A DNA stretch of 64,000 bases from Bacteroidales bacterium (GTDB lineage Bacteria; Bacteroidota; Bacteroidia; Bacteroidales; GCA-2711565), in NCBI GenBank assembly GCA_028280405.1, contig JANQLW010000082.1, positions 3,727 to 67,726 of the forward strand, read 5' to 3'. Under the pieces are notes generated by a model. The model saw only the letters and a program-made list of their open reading frames with translations. It was not told where the DNA came from and ran no database searches. Positions 1-10,446 of this stretch are shown here, piece by piece; the first letter of the stretch is position 1, and every line of letters starts with the position of its first letter. Made by a program: the position numbers and the translations under genes.

Positions 1-28
1 ACTGAAATAAAAATGATAACAGCTTTTC

Positions 29-412
29 TCATAATTTATATTTCTTTAATTGATCAATGTCACGTCTTTCTTTTTTGGTAGGCCTTCCAATTCCCCTGTC
101 TCTTTTTTCGTAATTCAGCTCATTCATGAGTTTAAGTTTATTGTATTCTTCTTCAGGAGTTAGATCTATCATATTGTCAGCAACCAATTTTGCACCTACA
201 CGATTTTTGATAATATTCTTAACTTCTACAGTTTTTACAATAGGAGTTTGTTGTATGCTGATCACTTCTCCTACTTTTATTTCTCTGGATGCTTTTACTG
301 CCTGCCCATCAATTTTTACTTTACCTGCTTTGCAGGCATCAGCAGCCAGACTCCTTGTTTTATATAAACGAACAGCCCATAACCACTTGTCGATTCTAAT
401 TAAGTTTAACAT
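29..412 (-). CDS. hslR: Ribosome-associated heat shock protein Hsp15 (S4 domain)
   Basis: RIDKWLWAVRLYKTRSLA S4 motif and C-terminal GRPTKKERR motif. Confidence 0.9.
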   Translation of the reverse strand: MLNLIRIDKWLWAVRLYKTRSLAADACKAGKVKIDGQAVKASREIKVGEVISIQQTPIVKTVEVKNIIKNRVGAKLVADNMIDLTPEEEYNKLKLMNELNYEKRDRGIGRPTKKERRDIDQLKKYKL

Positions 413-1723
413 TTATTTTTTTCTAAAATAAATTTGAACAGGTACTCCATTAAAATTGTATTTGTCTCTCAATTTATTTTCCAAAAACCTTCTGTATGCT
501 TCTTTGACTTCATCCGGGAAATTACAGAAGAAAGCAAAAGAAGGGAATTTAGTAGGTAGTTGAGTTACATACTTGAATTTTACATACCTTCCTCTCGATC
601 CTGAAGGAGGAGGTGTTTCTTCAATTAATGGAAGAAAATATTCATTAAGCTCTGAAGTTGAAATTCTAAGTGTCCTGTTTTTATAAACTTCATTCGCCAT
701 TTCCAAAGCTTTGAAAATTCTTTGCTTCGTTAATACAGATGTGAATACGATTGGAACATCTTTAAACGGAGCAATTTTTTCTCTGATCTTTTGTTCAAAC
801 TCCAGATGGGTATTGGATTCCTTGTCAACTAAATCCCATTTGTTAACAATGATTACGACCCCTTTTCTATTCTTCTCAATCAGGTGGAAAATATTCTGAT
901 CCTGGCCTTCAAAACCTTCTTTGGCATCAATCAATAAAAGGCAAACATCTGCATTTTCAATGGCACGGATAGATCTTAAAACAGAATAGAATTCTATATT
1001 TTCGGTTACTTTCCCTTTTTTACGCAAGCCGGCGGTGTCAACCAGCATAAATTCAAACCCAAAGCTATTATATTTTGTATTGATATTGTCACGGGTAGTT
1101 CCGGCAATAGGAGTAACAATATTTCTTTCCTGTCCGATCAGGGCATTGATCAGGGAAGATTTTCCAACATTCGGACGGCCTACTACTGCATAACGTGGAA
1201 TCTCATTTTCTTCTTCCTCTTCTATCTCTTTAGGAAATTCTTTAACAACAGCATCTAATAAATCACCAGTGCCACTTCCGTTAATTGAAGAAACACAATA
1301 GACCTCTCCTAATCCTAAAGCATAAAATTCGTGGGAGTCGTTGATTCGTGCGTGGTTATCTACCTTGTTTGCAACGACAAAGACTTTCTTTTTTGAACGA
1401 CGGAGAATATCAGCTACATCTTCATCCATGCCTGTAATACCAATAGTAACATCTACAATAAAAACAATCACATCGGCTTCATCGATGGCCAGGTCTACCT
1501 GTTTGCGAATTTCTTCTTCAAAGATATCTTCGGATCCAATGACATATCCACCTGTATCAATAATCGAAAAATCAATACCGTTCCATTCCGATTTGCCATA
1601 ATGACGATCTCGTGTAACTCCACTTGATTCTTCAACAATAGCTGCACGGCTTTCAGTAAGCCTATTGAAAAATGTTGATTTTCCTACATTCGGACGACCG
1701 ACAATTGCTAAAGTTCTACCCAT
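413..1723 (-). CDS. der: Ribosome biogenesis GTPase Der (EngA)
   Basis: Two G domains (GRPNVGKS twice, DTGG/DTAG, NKVD/NKWD) plus KH-like C-terminus. Confidence 0.97.
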   Translation of the reverse strand: MGRTLAIVGRPNVGKSTFFNRLTESRAAIVEESSGVTRDRHYGKSEWNGIDFSIIDTGGYVIGSEDIFEEEIRKQVDLAIDEADVIVFIVDVTIGITGMDEDVADILRRSKKKVFVVANKVDNHARINDSHEFYALGLGEVYCVSSINGSGTGDLLDAVVKEFPKEIEEEEENEIPRYAVVGRPNVGKSSLINALIGQERNIVTPIAGTTRDNINTKYNSFGFEFMLVDTAGLRKKGKVTENIEFYSVLRSIRAIENADVCLLLIDAKEGFEGQDQNIFHLIEKNRKGVVIIVNKWDLVDKESNTHLEFEQKIREKIAPFKDVPIVFTSVLTKQRIFKALEMANEVYKNRTLRISTSELNEYFLPLIEETPPPSGSRGRYVKFKYVTQLPTKFPSFAFFCNFPDEVKEAYRRFLENKLRDKYNFNGVPVQIYFRKK

Positions 1724-1734
1724 TTCTGTATTGT

Positions 1735-2613
1735 TTATTGAATATAACCAAAACGTTTTAAGTGTGAGTCCTTATCTCTCCAGTCTTTTACTACTTTAAC
1801 ACTTAATTCTAAAAATACTTGTTTGCCTACAAACTCTTCAATGTCTTTTCTGGCATCGGTGCCTAATTTTTTTATGGCTTTTCCCTGATGTCCGATAATA
1901 ATTGACTTTTGTGTTTCTCTGGTTACAAAGATATAAGCAAAAATCCGAATAATCTTCTCCTCCTCCTTAAAAGCTTCTACAGCTACTTCTACACTATATG
2001 GAATTTCTTTTTTATAGTTTAGCAAAACTTTTTCCCGAATGATTTCAGATACAAAGAAACGTTGAGTTTTATCAGTTAATTCATCTTTTGGGAAGTATGG
2101 TGGATTTTCAGGCAGTAAACTTCTGATTTTATTTATCACGCTTTCCAGATTAAAATTATTTAATGCTGAAACAGGAATGACTTGAGCAGCCGGTAATTTT
2201 TGTTGCCATTCTTCCATTAGCTGAATAACTTTTTCCTGAGAAGCCAGATCAATTTTATTAATCAAAACAATGGTCGGGATATTGGAGATTTTTATTTTTT
2301 CAAGAATATCTTCATTGATCGCTTTATCGTCAATTTGTGTTACAAGCATAAAAACATCAGCATCGATAAGTGCAGTTTCGATAAACTTCATCATATATTC
2401 GTGAAGTTTATAGTGAGGATCCACAATTCCTGGAGTGTCGGAATAAACAATTTGAAAATCTTCTCCATTCACGATTCCCATTAAACGGTGGCGGGTAGTT
2501 TGAGCTTTAGAAGTTATAATGGCCAGTTTCTCACCAACTAAGGCATTCATTAAAGTAGATTTGCCTACATTGGGATTTCCCAGAATATTTACGAAGCCTG
2601 CTTTATGTATCAT
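1735..2613 (-). CDS. era: GTPase Era
   Basis: [25 protein letters not shown] and KH-domain IIIG motifs. Confidence 0.97.
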   Translation of the reverse strand: MIHKAGFVNILGNPNVGKSTLMNALVGEKLAIITSKAQTTRHRLMGIVNGEDFQIVYSDTPGIVDPHYKLHEYMMKFIETALIDADVFMLVTQIDDKAINEDILEKIKISNIPTIVLINKIDLASQEKVIQLMEEWQQKLPAAQVIPVSALNNFNLESVINKIRSLLPENPPYFPKDELTDKTQRFFVSEIIREKVLLNYKKEIPYSVEVAVEAFKEEEKIIRIFAYIFVTRETQKSIIIGHQGKAIKKLGTDARKDIEEFVGKQVFLELSVKVVKDWRDKDSHLKRFGYIQ

Positions 2614-2639
2614 TTTCTTTTAAAAATCTTGATCGTTTT

Positions 2640-2671
2640 TTTGCATAACAAAGAAACAAAATATATCTTTG
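2640..2671 (+). promoter_or_regulatory. Bacteroidota primary-sigma promoter of the tRNA
   Basis: TTTG (2640-2643), 20-nt spacer, TATCTTTG (2664-2671) matches -33 TTTG / -7 TAnnTTTG. Confidence 0.7.
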
Positions 2672-2719
2672 CACTCGCAATTGAGACACAAACTATCTTT
2701 TTAAAGATTAAAAATATAT

Positions 2720-2793
<74 letters not shown>

Positions 2794-2806
2794 AGGAATA
2801 CCAAGG

Positions 2807-2835
2807 AAAGCCGATTTTTAGGAATCGGCTTTTTT
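2807..2835 (+). terminator. Intrinsic terminator after tRNA
   Basis: AAAGCCGATT/AATCGGCTTT stem followed by a T run. Confidence 0.8.
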
Positions 2836-2840
2836 CTTTT

Positions 2841-2864
2841 GGGTAAAACATAGGTAAAACATTT
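2841..2864 (+). repeat. Candidate integrase arm-type sites
   Basis: GGGTAAAACATAGGTAAAACATTT, identical to 43057-43080. Confidence 0.65.
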
Positions 2865-3030
2865 TGGGGTTTTGCTGTTTCTTTGAAAGCTTCTGGAAGT
2901 GTTGGTTGAAAAGGGCTTCTCAAAAATAAGTAATTTATGTTTTTGGACAAAAATTTTGCTAGACCAACAATAATCAAGACTTATTTACTCCAAAACGTTT
3001 TTCTTATCTTTGTAAATAAAATATATAGTA

Positions 3031-3270
3031 ATGACAATTATTTCTTTTGATGAACCTATTCATTTTGACAGAAATCACTTCCGAAACTTGGAGGATTTTC
3101 ATCTCTATATAATTCAAAACCTTGAAAGTGCTGATTTAAGCTCTACTCACAAGTCTATACTTGATGAACGCTTAGAAGAGGCAGAGAACAATCCCGATAA
3201 TTTTATTTCTTTTGACGAATTAAAATCTTCTATTAAGAGAAAAAAATATTTGTCCGATAAATCCGGATAG
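3031..3270 (+). CDS. Small addiction-module/antitoxin-like protein
   Basis: LSSTHKSILDERLEEAENNPDNFISFDELK resembles putative addiction module components; TATCTTTG promoter at 3005-3012. Confidence 0.6.
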   Translation: MTIISFDEPIHFDRNHFRNLEDFHLYIIQNLESADLSSTHKSILDERLEEAENNPDNFISFDELKSSIKRKKYLSDKSG

Positions 3271-3349
3271 TTTAAAATGAGCTATAAAAACTGGACTTAT
3301 AGCCCAAAATATGATTATATTTGGGCTATAAACGATAATTATATAGCCC

Positions 3350-4471
3350 ATGACCCATAAAATTTGGAACTGGCAACTCAAAAAATGGCCTCACTTTTCG
3401 TATGATAAAGAGGCTCTTAAAGAATTGGAATACAGGTTTTCTCAAAACAGAGGGACCGTATTAGGAGTATTAAAACACGTCCATGAAACTTCAAAAGATG
3501 ATTTGTTGGTAGAAATTTTAAGTGAGGAAGCTATAAAAACTTCTGAAATAGAAGGTGAAGTTTTAAATCGGGAGAGTGTCCAATCTTCTATCAAAAGAAA
3601 TCTCGGATTGAAAGCAGATAAAAGAAAAATCCCTCCTGCGGAGTACGGAATCTCTGAAATGATGGTGGACTTATACCTCAATTACGACAAACCATTATCC
3701 CACAAACAGCTTTTTCAGTGGCATGAAATGATAACCAATGGCAGGAGAGATTTAACCAACATTGGTTGTTACAGGACACATGAAGACCCTATGCAGGTTG
3801 TTTCGGGAAGACTGTATGAACCCAAAGTACACTTTGAAGCTCCACCTTCAAAACAAGTCCCGAAAGAAATGGAGCAGTTTATTTCATGGTTCAATGCTCT
3901 GCATAACGAAACTGAAAAAGAGGGCATTTTACCATTGGCAAAAGCGGGTATAGCACATCTTTATTTTGTATGTATCCACCCTTTTGAAGATGGGAACGGA
4001 CGGATTGGACGAGCTATAGCTGAAAAATCAATTGCTTTAAGTATAAATAAACCCTCATTGATCTCATTGTCCCATACGATAGAAGCAAACAGAAAGAAAT
4101 ATTATAATTCTTTGGCAGATAATAATACGACTTTAGAAATTACAGATTGGCTTGTTTATTTTGGGCAGACAATTTTAGATGCACAAGAAAACACCCTGAA
4201 ACGGATTGATTTCTTGATAGAAAAAACGAAATTTTTTGACCGCTATTTTTCACAAATCAATGAACGCCAGTTAAAAGTTATTCAACGACTCTTTGAAGCA
4301 GGGCATACAGGATTTGAAGGCGGTTTAAGTGCTGACAATTACAAAAAAATTGCGAAAACCTCTGCTTCTACTGCAACAAGGGATTTACAGGATTTGATAG
4401 ACAAACAAATTTTGATTAAAACAGGAACATTGAAACATACGAGATATTTCCTGAACATTAAAGCTGTTTAA
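3350..4471 (+). CDS. Fic family protein with N-terminal DUF4172-like region and C-terminal wHTH
   Basis: HPFEDGNGRIGR Fic motif; WNWQ..WPHF start; SASTATRDLQDL HTH. Confidence 0.9.
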   Translation: MTHKIWNWQLKKWPHFSYDKEALKELEYRFSQNRGTVLGVLKHVHETSKDDLLVEILSEEAIKTSEIEGEVLNRESVQSSIKRNLGLKADKRKIPPAEYGISEMMVDLYLNYDKPLSHKQLFQWHEMITNGRRDLTNIGCYRTHEDPMQVVSGRLYEPKVHFEAPPSKQVPKEMEQFISWFNALHNETEKEGILPLAKAGIAHLYFVCIHPFEDGNGRIGRAIAEKSIALSINKPSLISLSHTIEANRKKYYNSLADNNTTLEITDWLVYFGQTILDAQENTLKRIDFLIEKTKFFDRYFSQINERQLKVIQRLFEAGHTGFEGGLSADNYKKIAKTSASTATRDLQDLIDKQILIKTGTLKHTRYFLNIKAV

Positions 4472-4505
4472 ACCACAAAAAATTAAAGACTCCTCTTCCG
4501 CTTTG

Positions 4506-4539
4506 AAAAAGGCTTCTCAATCTCTTGGGAAGCCTTTTT
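4506..4539. terminator. Bidirectional terminator
   Basis: AAAAAGGCTTCTCAA-TCTC-TTGGGAAGCCTTTTT between convergent genes. Confidence 0.75.
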
Positions 4540-4547
4540 ACAAGTTC

Positions 4548-4757
4548 TTAATTGCCGGTTTTTTGTGTCTTTAGCTCTACCATATCGGCAGGCATTGACA
4601 GCACAACCTTTGTGTCTGTCTTGGACACTAAAGTTAAATTTTCTATTTCCAAAGATACAGTCTCTATCTTTGGCTCCGGCTTCGGGTCGTCTTTCTTACT
4701 ACATGCAGAAAGCCCGATAAGCCCGAATACAAATAATAAAAGCACTATTTTTTTCAT
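4548..4757 (-). CDS. Short (possibly truncated) lipoprotein
   Basis: MKK + hydrophobic stretch + LSAC lipobox followed by SKKDD. Confidence 0.65.
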   Translation of the reverse strand: MKKIVLLLFVFGLIGLSACSKKDDPKPEPKIETVSLEIENLTLVSKTDTKVVLSMPADMVELKTQKTGN

Positions 4758-4915
4758 AGCTATAAATTTAGTGAATAATTCCGTGAACTTCCCTGATTAC
4801 GAATATTCATACTCAAAAAAGTCCACAGAATTACCCCATCGGCAACATGAGAAAGAACTTGTTGGGAGCAAGGTTCTCTCAAGTTATAGCGGGAGAACCT
4901 GCTCCACTAGCGATT

Positions 4916-4996
4916 CTTATAGCGTATTTCTCCCCAAAAGTCAAGGGCAAAGGGAACAAGAAAAACGTTGAACTTTCTGCTAAATAGTTTTACACT
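4916..4996. promoter_or_regulatory. Divergent sigma70-type promoters
   Basis: Minus: TTGACT(4944-4939)-17-TATAAG(4921-4916); plus: TTGAAC(4968-4973)-17-TACACT(4991-4996); both boxes kept in the homologous copy near 52.1-52.2 kb. Confidence 0.6.
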
Positions 4997-5022
4997 CCTA
5001 GAGAAAATAAAAAAAATCAAAT

Positions 5023-5451
5023 ATGAACTTCAAAAGATTATCTGTTGTCGGGCTTGCCTTCTCGCTTTTTAGCTTGTTTGTTTTTGCTTCTGTTTATGCA
5101 GAGAGCAAGGCAGTTGTTCCTTTGCAAATTACGTTTGAGTCTTCTTCGAATGATATGATAGAGGGAAAGATTACTGGAACATATACAAAAAAAGATATTG
5201 AAAAAATTATGTTCACACTTGCGGGTGATTTTGATGGAGATGGTGACAGAGAAAAGCACGAATTCCATTTTGATTGGGAGGAAAGGTATCGGGAGAATGG
5301 CGATGTATTCTTCACTTTCAAATTTAACTTGGCTCACGTTGGAGTTGCGACAAATTTTTTGTTCATGGGCGAGTTTTTGAACGCAGAAGCAAAGAGAGTG
5401 GCGGGTGGAACTATGTTCCGTTTTTTTAGAACAGCAGAGATTTTAGAATAG
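5023..5451 (+). CDS. Secreted hypothetical protein
   Basis: Signal peptide ending VYA; 142-aa ORF. Confidence 0.7.
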   Translation: MNFKRLSVVGLAFSLFSLFVFASVYAESKAVVPLQITFESSSNDMIEGKITGTYTKKDIEKIMFTLAGDFDGDGDREKHEFHFDWEERYRENGDVFFTFKFNLAHVGVATNFLFMGEFLNAEAKRVAGGTMFRFFRTAEILE

Positions 5452-5511
5452 GAGAAATTTTTGAGTTTTTTCGGAAAAAAGTTTACACTGCTTTCCGAAA
5501 TAAAAATAAAC

Positions 5512-8157
5512 ATGAATCTCAAAAAACTACTGGTTTTCAGCATTGCCGGCTTTATGGCGGGTCTGTTTTTCGTGGTTTCCTCGCATGCACAGGAGAAGCC
5601 GGTTGTCAAAGTACAGACGAACGAAGTTTCTTCTTTGACAGTTGGCTTTGAGTCTGCTCGTAGGGGCATCGTTTCAGGGAATGTCACGGGGGCGGTACTT
5701 CGAGATGATTTAGCAGAGATTATTTATAAAATAGAGGCGTATCCTGACAGGGACGAAGTGTGGAAGAAAAAAATTCAATGGAACGAAGCCTTGCGTGAAG
5801 GGGAAAGTGTAACGATTCCTTTCCAGTTCGATCTTTCAGAAATAGCCATCACCGAGAAATTCATCTTCTCGGTAGATATTATAGACAGACGGGGAGAATT
5901 GATTGCGAGTGGGGCAAGTGGCGGACAAATTCCTCCGCAATTTACAGAAGTGAGAACCGCGTCAATTCAAGATTTGGAAATAACAACACAAGGGACAGTG
6001 CAGGCTTCATTTGTTTTTGTAAATGGGAATGAAAGCCAAACAGTAAAGCCGGAATTAATGCTTCGGGAGCATTCGGTAGATGGTGACAGGCTCTTCGCAC
6101 TGACAGGGGAAGAAGTTGAACTCGGTGTCGGAACAAAGCATACATTTTCTTTTTCCTTTGATCGTCCGGCAGAACCGGAATTATACATTGTTGAAGTGCG
6201 AGTTGTAAGTGACAAGAATAAACCCGTCACGGGATATTTGAGAGATGAGTTTTTGATAGAAGGAGATTTTGCAGAAATCAATTCAATTCACATTACCCCT
6301 GATAGAGCAATGGAAGCGGGAGAAACAGCAGACTTTGCAGTGTCGGGAGTAGTGGACAATGAAAGAGGAGCTTTGGAAATGAATTTTAAGGCGTTTCTTT
6401 TGCCGGAGAAAGAAGGTGAAAAACCATTGCAGGAAACTAGAGCATTTACCGCGGAAGGAAATCAGTTCACAGAGACGTTTTCTTTTCTCATGCCACGACC
6501 AACGAAAGAATTAAACGTGTTTGTACAGATTTCCCGTGATGGAAATGTGATTGAGGAAAAAGCCATCACCTACCAAACACAGAAGATTCCGGCCAGTTTC
6601 CTTGTGGATATTCCCCAAAAGGTGATCAAAAACTACGGAGAAGGAGGATTTGAACTCTGGATGGCAGTGGTGTTAGCGGTGGCAATTATTATTTTTTTGA
6701 TAGCCAAACTCCATCGCAAGAAACAATTTCACATTTTCTTGCTTTTGCTTACTTCCTGTTTGAGTTTTTCCGTTGCTCACGGAGCTTGGAAGATGGATTG
6801 GTATTCTCCGACAAGCGGAACTATTTTTAACCCGACTTCGAACGAAGGATTTGAGACTATCGTATTTCAGGGAAGGATTTATGATGATAGTCTGCCTCCA
6901 AAGGGCTATTTTCAGGGAGATTTGACTTCGGTAAAAGTGGAACTGATAGGAGGACAAACACTCACCAAATATATTCCTGTGGAAGATGTAACCATAGGAG
7001 CCGAAAGAAGCTATATTTTTGATTTGAATTTAACCGACACAGAATTTGCCTCCATTACCGAAGGAGACTGGAACGCACAAATAACGTTTGAGGATTCGGG
7101 ACAATCTTCGGCAGTCCAAACTACTTGGGATGGAACAATAGGCATTGATATGACACCGCCGGAAATTACTTTTTCCTACACGCCCGACACATTTACCAGT
7201 GAATCGGTGGCGGTAAGTATTTCTTGCACGGATAATAAAGCGGGATGTTTAGATCAAAATGTATATCCTTATTGGGAACAATACGCTCCTTTTGATCTTT
7301 CTGTGTTAGGGAACTTCTCAAATGCTTTTGAGAATGGAACAAGGGGCTATTCCATTTGTGATACAGTAGGCAACTGTACTTCTACCGATACAGAAAAAAT
7401 AAGCATTGATTTGTACGACCCTGTTGCTCCAAATCTTTCCGGCGGGATAACCATAGAACGGGAGGGGCTTCCTCTGTTGAAGGGTGAAGGCGGATTTGCA
7501 AACAATATTTTGTCAGCCGATGACACGTTAAGACTTTCTCTTGTCGGAGTCGAAGATTCCACCGAAGGCGAAGCTATCGAGCAAGACGACCATGCCTGCG
7601 GACGAGAGGCAACGGACGACACGTTTCTTGCCGAGAATATACAGGTGTCTTTTGATGTGGTTTCCAGTGAGCATTTTTCTGGGGCATGGGTAGGAAGGCA
7701 ACGAAATGGGGGCGGTTTAAGGACTTTTAAATTCTTCAATGCAGAAGGGTTGGGTGCATATACTTACAGTGGAACTGTTGTTGAAGGGAGTGAATACAAA
7801 TTTGAATTGATGATAAAAACGGGAGAAGGGGAAGATGATTTTGAAAGTACGCGTAAAAAAGATGATCCGGGGCTTTCCATTGGCGAAACATGGAACGGAA
7901 CATTAGGGAAAGACACACCTTATGAAACGCAAATCAGTAATTTTACCGCTACCATTGAACCCAATTCCCAGCGTTGCATGGCAAAATACTTTGTCTGTCC
8001 TATCAATTACCCTTCCGGTGGTGGGAGTCCTTACCGGAAAGAAATGACCGAGTTTATTGATAGTCAAACCTGCGCAGATTTACAAGAACATGATTGGACG
8101 GATGTTCCTACGTGTGGATTTCCGTTGACGTTTCCGTTTACGCTGGAAGATTGCTAA
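5512..8157 (+). CDS. Large membrane-anchored beta-rich surface protein
   Basis: Signal peptide (SHA), central TM helix plus second signal-like segment, Ig-like D.TPPEI/C.D...GC motifs; start moved to ATG 5512. Confidence 0.75.
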   Translation: MNLKKLLVFSIAGFMAGLFFVVSSHAQEKPVVKVQTNEVSSLTVGFESARRGIVSGNVTGAVLRDDLAEIIYKIEAYPDRDEVWKKKIQWNEALREGESVTIPFQFDLSEIAITEKFIFSVDIIDRRGELIASGASGGQIPPQFTEVRTASIQDLEITTQGTVQASFVFVNGNESQTVKPELMLREHSVDGDRLFALTGEEVELGVGTKHTFSFSFDRPAEPELYIVEVRVVSDKNKPVTGYLRDEFLIEGDFAEINSIHITPDRAMEAGETADFAVSGVVDNERGALEMNFKAFLLPEKEGEKPLQETRAFTAEGNQFTETFSFLMPRPTKELNVFVQISRDGNVIEEKAITYQTQKIPASFLVDIPQKVIKNYGEGGFELWMAVVLAVAIIIFLIAKLHRKKQFHIFLLLLTSCLSFSVAHGAWKMDWYSPTSGTIFNPTSNEGFETIVFQGRIYDDSLPPKGYFQGDLTSVKVELIGGQTLTKYIPVEDVTIGAERSYIFDLNLTDTEFASITEGDWNAQITFEDSGQSSAVQTTWDGTIGIDMTPPEITFSYTPDTFTSESVAVSISCTDNKAGCLDQNVYPYWEQYAPFDLSVLGNFSNAFENGTRGYSICDTVGNCTSTDTEKISIDLYDPVAPNLSGGITIEREGLPLLKGEGGFANNILSADDTLRLSLVGVEDSTEGEAIEQDDHACGREATDDTFLAENIQVSFDVVSSEHFSGAWVGRQRNGGGLRTFKFFNAEGLGAYTYSGTVVEGSEYKFELMIKTGEGEDDFESTRKKDDPGLSIGETWNGTLGKDTPYETQISNFTATIEPNSQRCMAKYFVCPINYPSGGGSPYRKEMTEFIDSQTCADLQEHDWTDVPTCGFPLTFPFTLEDC

Positions 8158-8160
8158 CAG

Positions 8161-8193
8161 AAAAAACCGACCCCGCTTTGCGGGACCGGTTTT
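8161..8193. terminator. Terminator between convergent genes
   Basis: AAAACCG.CCCGC-TTT-GCGGG.CCGGTTTT hairpin. Confidence 0.6.
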
Positions 8194-8223
8194 AAATAAA
8201 CGCTTTTGACAGTTTTAGATGTA

Positions 8224-10446
8224 CTACTTTTTTTTGACGTTAAAATTTACCTTTTTGCTAGACGTTACTTCCAAACGATATTTAGAAGTTTCGTACTGAG
8301 AAAAATCGGTGCTTGTATTACTATTGGAAATGGTTTTAGAATCTACCACCTTTCCGGTGGCAATTTCCACAACTTCCAACGTCAAGGTTACACCGCTCGG
8401 AAGTTCTGTGATGGTAATAATACCGATCACCCCTCCGCCTTGTGTGACAGAAGTTTCCTTGGTAATATTTCCACTCTTCACTATAACCTTCGCGGTGCGT
8501 GGGGATGAAGTGGTGTTTTGGGTCGCGGAAATTTTGATCTTTCCGTTTCCGGTCTCACTTGTAGGCGAAACGGACAACCAATCACCTCCTGAAACGCTAG
8601 CCGTCCAGTCTCCATTGCACGTAATATCGACATCTTCTGAGCTTTCGGCATTGTCAAATGACAAAGTCGATTTACTGAGTTCCAAAATTGCTCCTGCTTC
8701 GGCTTGCGTCAACGTAAAGGCTTCCGCTAAGTCATCGCCGGAAATTGTAAATTCATCGGTACGGGGAGACGTTACAGTGTTCTCCTGATGGGTAATTTTT
8801 AGGGTCGCATCTCCTGTTCCACTCATAGGCTCGACAGAATACCACTCGGCAACATCTGTGATTGTCCAGCTTACATTGGCTGTAATAGTCACATTAATTG
8901 TTCCTGACGCTGACGAAACACTAGCAGATGTTGGATTTGCTTCGAGTGACTTGGTCGCAGCGGCTTGATTGAGTGTGAAGCTTTGAGATTCTCCTTGACC
9001 GGAAATACTAAACATTCCCGTCCGAGGAACAATCTCGGAATTGTCCGTGTAAGTCACTTTCAATTCTGCACTTCCCGTTCCCGTCATTGGCTCAACAGTT
9101 ATCCAGTCGGGGACACCGCTCACACTCCAATCAAGATTGGAAGTAAGAGCAATGTAAATTGTTCCCGCTTCTGAGGGAACATCTTCCGAACTTTTATCCG
9201 TTGAAAGAATCGGCTCACTCACCACGATTTCGATTGTCTTGGTATCCTCTCCGTCAAAGTTATTCACCCGCCTGGTGACTGTGTACATCCCAGCTTGGGT
9301 GTATTGATGGTTTGGATTCTTTTCACGAGAACTCGTTCCATCCCCGAAATCGGTGTAGTAGTCCTCAACGTCTCCACTGGATTGATCGGTAAAATAAATC
9401 ACCTCGTCAACGACAGGGTTTTGTTTACTCACCGAAAAATCAGCCGTTGGAAGAAACATCGCTTTGAGTTCCCATCCAATCGTTTCCAACATCCGTTTTG
9501 TAATCCATCCAATATCGGTGTAGATTATTTCGATATTGTAAAATGGAGTCAATAACTGATTTGACGAAAACTCATACATTCGGTCTACATGACGAATCGC
9601 CGACCCTACATAAGAATCTGGGGCGTATAGTTCCACCATATAACCGGATGGGGTCGTGAGTTCAAAAAAAGCATTGCCGGAGGTATAATAGGCTTTGAGA
9701 GCCTCATTTCCGTCTATGTTTTGCCACACCACATTTCCATCAATATCGCGAAGGTAGCGATCAAAAATAAAAGGGGCTCCTGCATCTCCTAACGTATAAA
9801 AAGGGCCATCTTGATTTGCCGAACTTGCAAATCCCATGCCATGCACGAACTCATGCATTATAATATACATGAGATTTCTGTTGCTTCCGGCACTACCTCC
9901 ACTGGTCGATAAATCCCACGTCTTGGCGGAATTAAACTGAATTTCAATGTCGAAGTCCGTCCCGTTAGAATTCTCGCCATTAGGCAGGTTTTCCAAAAGG
10001 AATGCAGGATACCACGTACCCGTAATAGGGTCTATCAAACCTGTCAAAACCCAATCAATCGTCGTGCTCCCGAGCACATCATCTCCGAGAAAGTCACTAT
10101 CAATAATTCTGATTTTGACAGGATTGTCGCCATTTGAAATATTGAAGTCTTCGACTGCATGCGTTAGTCCGGCTTTGATGGCGGTCTTTTGAGAGGAAGT
10201 AATTGTCCCTCCCCATGTAATATTGAAATCACATCCGCCAAGTTCCACAGATTCCTCAGTGGTTTTGAGGGTGCTTTTCAACGTTGGAGTCGGTACGATC
10301 CGCTCAGTTCCATCAGCCATTCTTTCGGTTGTCACTTTTTTCCGTTGGTAGATTGTCTGGCTATTTCCTTCCAGACCGACAAAAAGCATCATGACGGAAA
10401 AAGCCGTCATGAGTACGCTTTTCTTCATGATGTTTTGTTTTTTCAT
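8224..10446 (-). CDS. Secreted zinc metalloprotease-like protein with PKD, three BACON domains and T9SS-like CTD
   Basis: HEFVHGMG zincin motif; DFGDG..NPNHQY PKD; repeated W..V.P.SG.G...N....PR BACON units; basic C-terminal domain; start moved to ATG 10446 (10428 also possible). Confidence 0.75.
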   Translation of the reverse strand: MKKQNIMKKSVLMTAFSVMMLFVGLEGNSQTIYQRKKVTTERMADGTERIVPTPTLKSTLKTTEESVELGGCDFNITWGGTITSSQKTAIKAGLTHAVEDFNISNGDNPVKIRIIDSDFLGDDVLGSTTIDWVLTGLIDPITGTWYPAFLLENLPNGENSNGTDFDIEIQFNSAKTWDLSTSGGSAGSNRNLMYIIMHEFVHGMGFASSANQDGPFYTLGDAGAPFIFDRYLRDIDGNVVWQNIDGNEALKAYYTSGNAFFELTTPSGYMVELYAPDSYVGSAIRHVDRMYEFSSNQLLTPFYNIEIIYTDIGWITKRMLETIGWELKAMFLPTADFSVSKQNPVVDEVIYFTDQSSGDVEDYYTDFGDGTSSREKNPNHQYTQAGMYTVTRRVNNFDGEDTKTIEIVVSEPILSTDKSSEDVPSEAGTIYIALTSNLDWSVSGVPDWITVEPMTGTGSAELKVTYTDNSEIVPRTGMFSISGQGESQSFTLNQAAATKSLEANPTSASVSSASGTINVTITANVSWTITDVAEWYSVEPMSGTGDATLKITHQENTVTSPRTDEFTISGDDLAEAFTLTQAEAGAILELSKSTLSFDNAESSEDVDITCNGDWTASVSGGDWLSVSPTSETGNGKIKISATQNTTSSPRTAKVIVKSGNITKETSVTQGGGVIGIITITELPSGVTLTLEVVEIATGKVVDSKTISNSNTSTDFSQYETSKYRLEVTSSKKVNFNVKKK

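Noticed and set aside
4552-4971. 139-aa plus-strand ORF
   Set aside because: Antisense to the lipoprotein and runs through the promoter element; the homologous copy at 52 kb has no corresponding ORF
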